This document shows, piece by piece, positions 57,428-64,000 of a stretch of 64,000 bases of DNA (the first letter of the stretch is position 1; each line of letters starts with the position of its first letter). Made by a program: the position numbers and the translations under genes. The notes under the pieces are model-generated. The model did not search any database and had not been told where the DNA came from. It was given only the letters and a program-made list of their open reading frames with translations. Source of the DNA: the human T2T-CHM13v2.0 reference genome, Homo sapiens; assembly GCF_009914755.1 (NCBI RefSeq), contig NC_060934.1, one strand, 5' to 3'.

Positions 57428-58827
57428 TATTTCTATTGAAAACATAAAATATCTATTTTCAAACTGATATGGGGGAATTTATGTTTGTAACTTTTACTAA
57501 CTTCATACTTTTCAAAGTAAATCCACTGTCCCTACTGTATACTGGGAAACAGAACACTGTTCACCCAAAACTTACTGATGTGGGGTTTATTAACTTCATA
57601 CATACCTAAGGGTATTTTATTTCTCTTATTGTCTCTTCCATGGTAGTAGAGTTAGAAAGGTCTTAAAGAATATTTCTAGTCACTATTCTAAGTACCATCT
57701 TTTATCATTTTTAGAAGACAAAACCAACCCTTTTCAGCTTGTTATAAATCATTTTCTAATTTTAAAGAGAACTGACTTTTTATTTTTATGGAGGAGTCTT
57801 TAAAGAGCTGTGTCCCTCTAACCTGGAGGCATGCCAGCATTGGAACTTTGATACTGGCTTATGTACTACTGAGAGGCAGAGAAGACACCCATACATTTCT
57901 GGGGTCCTTCGCTGTCTCCTCAATGTCTCAGGATGGCTTTTCATGCCTCTGAACCACAAATTGTGTTTTTAAAAAAAGTCAAAACAGTTCTCTTTTTCTT
58001 GAAGGATATTGTGAAATGAAAATGAATGGAAAAAAATCCTTAACTTCTTAAGGAAACTGAAAATGCTTTCTTACCTTTTTCTTGTTCTCTTTGTGAAAAC
58101 TATAGATCTGCACATCTCTACAGAGTTTATAGAACAAATATTATAGCATCCAGTGTGGCCGGATAGAAAACTAATATGACCACAAAAAGCATCAGGTTTT
58201 TCTCCTTAAGCTTTGAAAAAAAATTGTCATTTGATTCTTTTCTTAACAATTAGGAAACTTAAATTAAGAAAATTTTACTTTAAAGGAATACTTTCCATTG
58301 CTAATGAAGCATGTTACAAAATATGGATCACTGGGTTCAGTACTGACGTGGGATGCTGGGTTATCGGCCCCCCACCCCTGTCCGCCCCCGCCTTTATCTG
58401 GGACTCTTCTGATAATGAGTAAGGTGAAGGAGTAACCAAGAGGATATGTTAGTAACACACCATAGGACCAGGAAGCTTCTTTTAAAGACAGTGGGGAGCT
58501 CTTTCTGCCCTAATGTTCAGGTTTTTTTTGTGACAATAATATCCATACATGGGCACAAAATGATCGCTTTAACCTCTTAAAGGGCTAAAATCTCTACCAG
58601 GAAATCTTCACTTATAACATAGAACCCCCTGTCTTTCCTAATTCTCAATTCTGTTTTTTAATAGTCTTCAACTCTTTCCTTTGTGTCTCCCTGTCTTTTA
58701 AAGTAACTCAGCAAAGGCAGGTAATTATGGGAGGGTTTAATAAATTGAACTCAACACACTGAATATTTAGAAATAGAACAGTACAAACCCCCATGAGAGC
58801 CTTCTGAATGTTTGTTGACAACCATAC

Positions 58828-59130
58828 CATTGGAGCTCGTGGTAGGGTGGGGCTGGCTTTGGAAGGTTCTAGAACGGGTGCCATACTGCCCTGAGAACTG
58901 TCCACTCTGGGGCGGTAGCTCATTCCACACACCACGTGAAGACGGGTGGAGGCTTTGCGGGGCCTCAGCAGAGGAGTTCAAACGTGGAGGCCAGACTAAA
59001 TCCAGGTCCTGGGGCTCTTCTTTTAGTTTCTCTCCTTCTTTGCCAACTCGCTGATAGATCCGCCCAGTGCTGTCGTTCAGCAATCTTCTCATCCCTGTAA
59101 TTTGCTTTTTTATTTCCATGCTTTCATCTC
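58828..59130 (-). CDS. BEND7: BEND7 coding exon, 303 nt (GDESMEIKKQ...PTTSSN/G); contains an internal strong-Kozak ATG at 59119-59117
   Basis: Acceptor tttccattag|GA, donor AATG|gtatgg; matches ORF 58751..59158(-); phase 1/1. Confidence 0.95.
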
Positions 59131-59606
59131 CTAATGGAAACAGGGCCAAAGTTAGCACTCTAAATTAGTGAAAGAGAAAACAGTTCACTAACCAAAAAGA
59201 AGAGAAAGAAAAACAACCCTTCTTTGGAAATGGGAAAGATGACTGACTCTATGAACTTAATCTGTAAAACGCAAAGGCAGGAAAACTGACTACGGTCTGA
59301 AAAAACCCATCCTATTCCTGGTGCCTCTCATTTTAATCTCTTTCTGCAAGTCGCTTATGATGAAAGAGGTTTCTTGAGAGTGTGTCATCAGGAACAAACA
59401 TGACATTCCCTCTTTGGAAGCATTTTCTGAATGAGTAGGTGATGAGGAAACAGGCTGAGACAGAAGGTCAAGGATAGAACTGGACCGCGGAACCCCTCTG
59501 CTCTGATGGGCCACAGCCACCCGTGAGGAATGGGCAGGTCACTAAAGCGCTCTGCTCACTGTCTGTCAGCTTCACCAGGCGGGGCAAGGACAAGGAAGAA
59601 AGCCTG

Positions 59607-59707
59607 GACTGGCAGGGACGCAGGGCTTCACTACTGACACAATGTCCTTCAGGATGACTGGCAGGGATGCAGGGCTTCACTGCTGACACAATGTCCTCCA
59701 GGATGAC
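59607..59707. repeat. 49-bp tandem duplication (2 copies, 3 mismatches)
   Basis: gactggcagggaYgcagggcttcactRctgacacaatgtcctYcaggat x2. Confidence 0.9.
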
Positions 59708-60142
59708 ACGCTGCCGCTGGAGACATCACCTTCAGAGAGGACGGCCGAGGAGACAGAGAGGCGCCGAGTGTGGCAGCATGGCAAGCGAGGGGGTTTTGTC
59801 TTTCTGGCACTCTGACTCCCATCACATCAGCCTGGTGATGACCGAGGGGTCCCTGCCACTCGAGGTCACTGGCGGTACCAGCACTGGAAGGGCGGAAGTG
59901 CAACCTCCCCACCGTGCCCTCCTCCCATGCCAAACGCACTGCCACCTCCCCTGCAGCGTAACTGTGTGCGAAAGGTCACAGGCCACTTTGAAATCCCACT
60001 TCACCTACACTGACTTCTTTTTTTAAGATTTTTCTCCCGTCTCAGGACATTTTTTTAAAATGAAAGAACTTCTATACTGCACTGGGAGTACTTAATAAAT
60101 ATTAAAGATGTCTGTAATATTGCACAGATAGAAAATCTTTTT

Positions 60143-60450
60143 GGCCGGGCACAGTGGCTCACGCCTGTAATCCCAGCACTTTGGGAGGCCGAGGCGGGTA
60201 GATCACCTGAGGTCGGGAGTTCGAGACCAGCCTGACCAACATGGAGAAACCCTGTCTCTACTGAAAATACAAAATTAGCCAGGCGTGGTGGCACATGCCT
60301 GTAATCCCAGCTACTCACAAGGCTGAGCCAGGAGAACCCGGCTCACCCAGGAGGTAGAAGTTGTGGTGAGCCAAGATGGCACCATTGCATTCCAGCCTAG
60401 GCAACAAGAGTGAAACTCCATCTCAAAAAAAAAAAAAAAAAAAAGAAAAA
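60143..60450 (+). mobile_element. AluSp
   Basis: Sp diagnostics; poly-A tail. Confidence 0.9.
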
Positions 60451-60540
60451 GAAAATATTTTCTATCAATAATAATATCAGAGGATGCTGATATCTGTTAG
60501 GAGCTATTTCAAACACACTATCTTCTTAAACTGTGCATCA

Positions 60541-60951
<411 letters not shown>

Positions 60952-62486
60952 CTAATAAATGCTTGAAATTTAAACTGTAAGATAAAGAAAAGGCTAACAG
61001 ACAGCATCTGTTAAGAAAAATACAGCTCCTACAAATACACACAGCACATTCAATATAATGATTGCACTTAGGATCAATTATAATGATCAATATATGTATA
61101 TATAAGGATATGTATATATATATATATGGATCAACATAATGATTGCACTTAGGATAAGCCAGGTTTCTCTGTAGAACTGGTAACTGCACAATAACCTAGC
61201 CGTTTTGTGCTTTCCAGTTAGATATTTAGCTTATTAATATATGTGTTATGTTACTAAATAAGGAAGTTTATTTTGAATTTACTGTTCACTATTTTGAAGT
61301 AAATATCTTTAGTTTTTAAAAATGATACTAAAAACATTACAGAATATATTAATTCTGTCTAATTGAACATGAGTGAACACGGAAATAACACAGATTTCCA
61401 AATTTACAATATTGCTATGTGTTGTTGGCATATGCTTGAGAGGAGAAATATTCTAATTTGAGATAAAACTATTTCTACTTCAAACCCCTGTGAAAATTAC
61501 AATATATAAACAATAAATCATATTCCAGATTTTATGAGAATGAACGACCAAGCGAGATTTCAATAACGCAGAGTCAGCAAAATTTACTACTTTCTCGAGA
61601 GGCTACGGAACAGGGTGTGTCTGGAAGAGGTCCCAAAGGAATCCTGAAAGATAAGCCCACAGGCAAATGCGGTATTAATTTCAGCAACCAGACACATACG
61701 TTCCCGGCTAGTTAACACCACAATTCAAGCAAGAGGAGGCATCTTTTCTGTGTGGTTTCCACCCACAGCCCTCCCCATCAGGCCGGGTATGCCTGCACTG
61801 AAGTCCATGCAGAGACTAGCCTTCTCTGGCACAGGTTGGTGGCCGCCACCCCTGACCCCAGGCTCCCTGAACAGAGCAGCCATAGCCAGGCCACATGGGG
61901 CAGATACCCACCCCGGCTCTCAAGTCCATGCCAGCTTGCTTCTCTACACTAACTGACACATCACAGGAGAAGGGATGTGTCTCCTGCCAAAGGTCCTGCC
62001 TCTGCTCTGTAGATATAATGCTAGGATAGATACAGTGCTACCATTAGCAACAGGAAGGCGTCACAAGGATTCTGGAACCTTCTGAGGGCAAATCTGCTTT
62101 GTCATGACCTCAGTTTCAGAGTTCCAGAACTTATGCCTATGAAAAGTACATGGCTGAAAATACAACCTGAGTTTTGCATAACTTTGTATTTTCATTTTGA
62201 CAACCAGCATCCTAAGCTGCAGGTGGCAATGAGGGAGGAAGGTGGCAGGTGTGAGGGGTTCTGGCGGTGGGCTGCGCCTGCCGTGTGCAGAAACATGTCT
62301 CCCAAAGGCAAAACAAAACGAAACAAATACACAAAAAATCAGGACGTCGGGGGACTGAGGAGGAAGAAACAGTGCTGAAAGGAAGAGGGCAGAAGGCCAG
62401 AAGCAGGTCCCTCCTCAGAGGAAGTAAGCTCACGGCCTAGCTCACTGTGGCATGTTTTAAAGGATGGAACACATCCTTTAAAGGAT

Positions 62487-62793
62487 GGCACAGTGGCTCA
62501 CACCTGTAATCCCAGCACTTTGGGAGGCTGAGGTGGGTGGATCACCCGAGATCTGGAATTTGAGACCAGCCTGGCCAACATGGTGAAAGCCTGTCTCTAC
62601 TAAAAACACAAAAGTTAGCTGGGCGTGGCAGCGCACGCCTGTAGTTCCAGCTACTCGGAGGCTGAGGCAGGAGAATCACTTGAACCTGGGAGGCGGAGGT
62701 TGCAGTGAGCCAAGGTTGTGCCACTGCACTCCAGCCTGGGCAACAGGGTGAGACTCCATCTCAAAACAAACAAACAAACAAACAAACAACAAC
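62487..62793 (+). mobile_element. AluS with (CAAA)n tail
   Basis: TSD aaaggatggaacaca at 62459-62473 and 62796-62810. Confidence 0.9.
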
Positions 62794-64000
62794 TAAAAGG
62801 ATGGAACACAGAAAACTGCAGTAACTGCAGAAGTCTGTGCTGAGAGGAGAGCTGAGAGGTGAGCTGAGAGTCGGCAGGGAAGGTTGAAGAAGGGCAGAGT
62901 GTGGAAAGTTTCTTAGGGGAGATGACGGGACGTTCAGGAATGGTCTCTGGGGTTTACTGAGTCACACTCTCTTCACCCAAAGCAGCAGAAGCAGCTGAGC
63001 AGGTCACCCCTGCAGCTGCTGCCTAGGAGGAGGGAGTCCTGGGGCTCTACTCCACAGCAGGGAATGATGAGTGACAGGCTTTGGCAGACAGGAAGAAAGA
63101 GGTTTCCTTGCACATTTGGGGCAGATGGGGCAGAGGATCAGAAACGAGGCCTGAAGACTCCAAGTGACAATGACAAAGAAGCTGAGTCAACCTAAATAAT
63201 CTGGGGACAGTGGGTGCTGGGAGCAGATGAGCAGGCCGAGCCGTAGAAGCTCGTTGAGTGTGGTGCAGTGTTAGTGTGGGACAGGACAGGCTGGGCTATT
63301 ACACCCACACCTGGTCTCGCCTCCTAACTACGCCCACCTGCTACTGGATACTAGCCAAGCCACTGAATATTCTCTGGTTTCCTAAATCCTAAAGCAAGAG
63401 TCTGAACCCTAACCCGGGGAGGGGCACATGGTAGTCCAGGAGGGGCACAGGATTTTCACCATCACCAAGGTGTTAACCAAGCACTTTGTGGCTCTAGAAG
63501 TCCTTTTCGGAAGACAGGCTTCTTCTATCATAGTGGAATCCAAGTTCTTTGATAAAAAAAAAAATTGGTGAAAAGTATACAGGAGATTGAGATTGGAAGC
63601 ATTCACTGACTTCTACTGGTATTTCCAGTTATCATTAGTCAATGACTTCTCCAGGTATAGATACCAGGAAAAGGAAGCTCTTTGGAGCAACGAGCTCTCT
63701 AGCGAGACAGGATGCTATAAGGAAACCTGTGCATTTTTCCTGATCTCTTTCCAAGACGCTGAATCCTTTTCAGAAAAACAAACACAAAGGAATCTTACTA
63801 AAATGGATCCATGCCACGTGACTACCTTATTGGCAGCCTGAAATCCTTTGGAGTTTAGTAACTATACTCCTTGGACAAGATCTAAAAAGATTGTATGCTG
63901 GATTCTCCCCCTCACTAAATTTCAAGACTCTACTAGATCACGTTCCTTTACGCAAAGAATTTATGACACATAGTCTTGCAGGATCTGATACATGTGAGGG

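Noticed and set aside
58812-59054. Antisense ORF over a BEND7 exon (similarly 51684-51917)
   Set aside because: Shadow ORFs of real coding sequence.

Overview
Primate (almost certainly human) genomic DNA containing most of the BEN-domain gene BEND7 (C10orf30) on the minus strand. Seven coding exons can be joined in frame through GT-AG junctions: 58828-59130, 55814-55936, 51659-51924, 39949-40174, 11575-11694, 6303-6353/6356 and 780-787, followed by a 3' UTR with AATAAA at 139-144. The 5'-most exons lie beyond the right edge. The rest is intronic, with about 20 Alus, L1/L2/MIR relics, a THE1 LTR, an ERV1-type LTR, MER2, MER5 and a piggyBac-derived MER85. The most unusual feature is a ~3.05 kb, ~100-copy 31/30-bp CpG-rich minisatellite (30871-33923) in the 28-kb intron that splits the BEN domain. 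Its terminal 30-bp block is open in five of six frames and is in frame with the upstream BEND7 exon through a candidate acceptor. Other notable signals are several in-frame alternative C-termini, a NAGNAG acceptor, an in-frame alternative donor, paired Pumilio elements in the 3' UTR, and fold-back scars at transposon junctions. I found no convincing new multi-gene system; the most interesting items are hypotheses that need transcript data.
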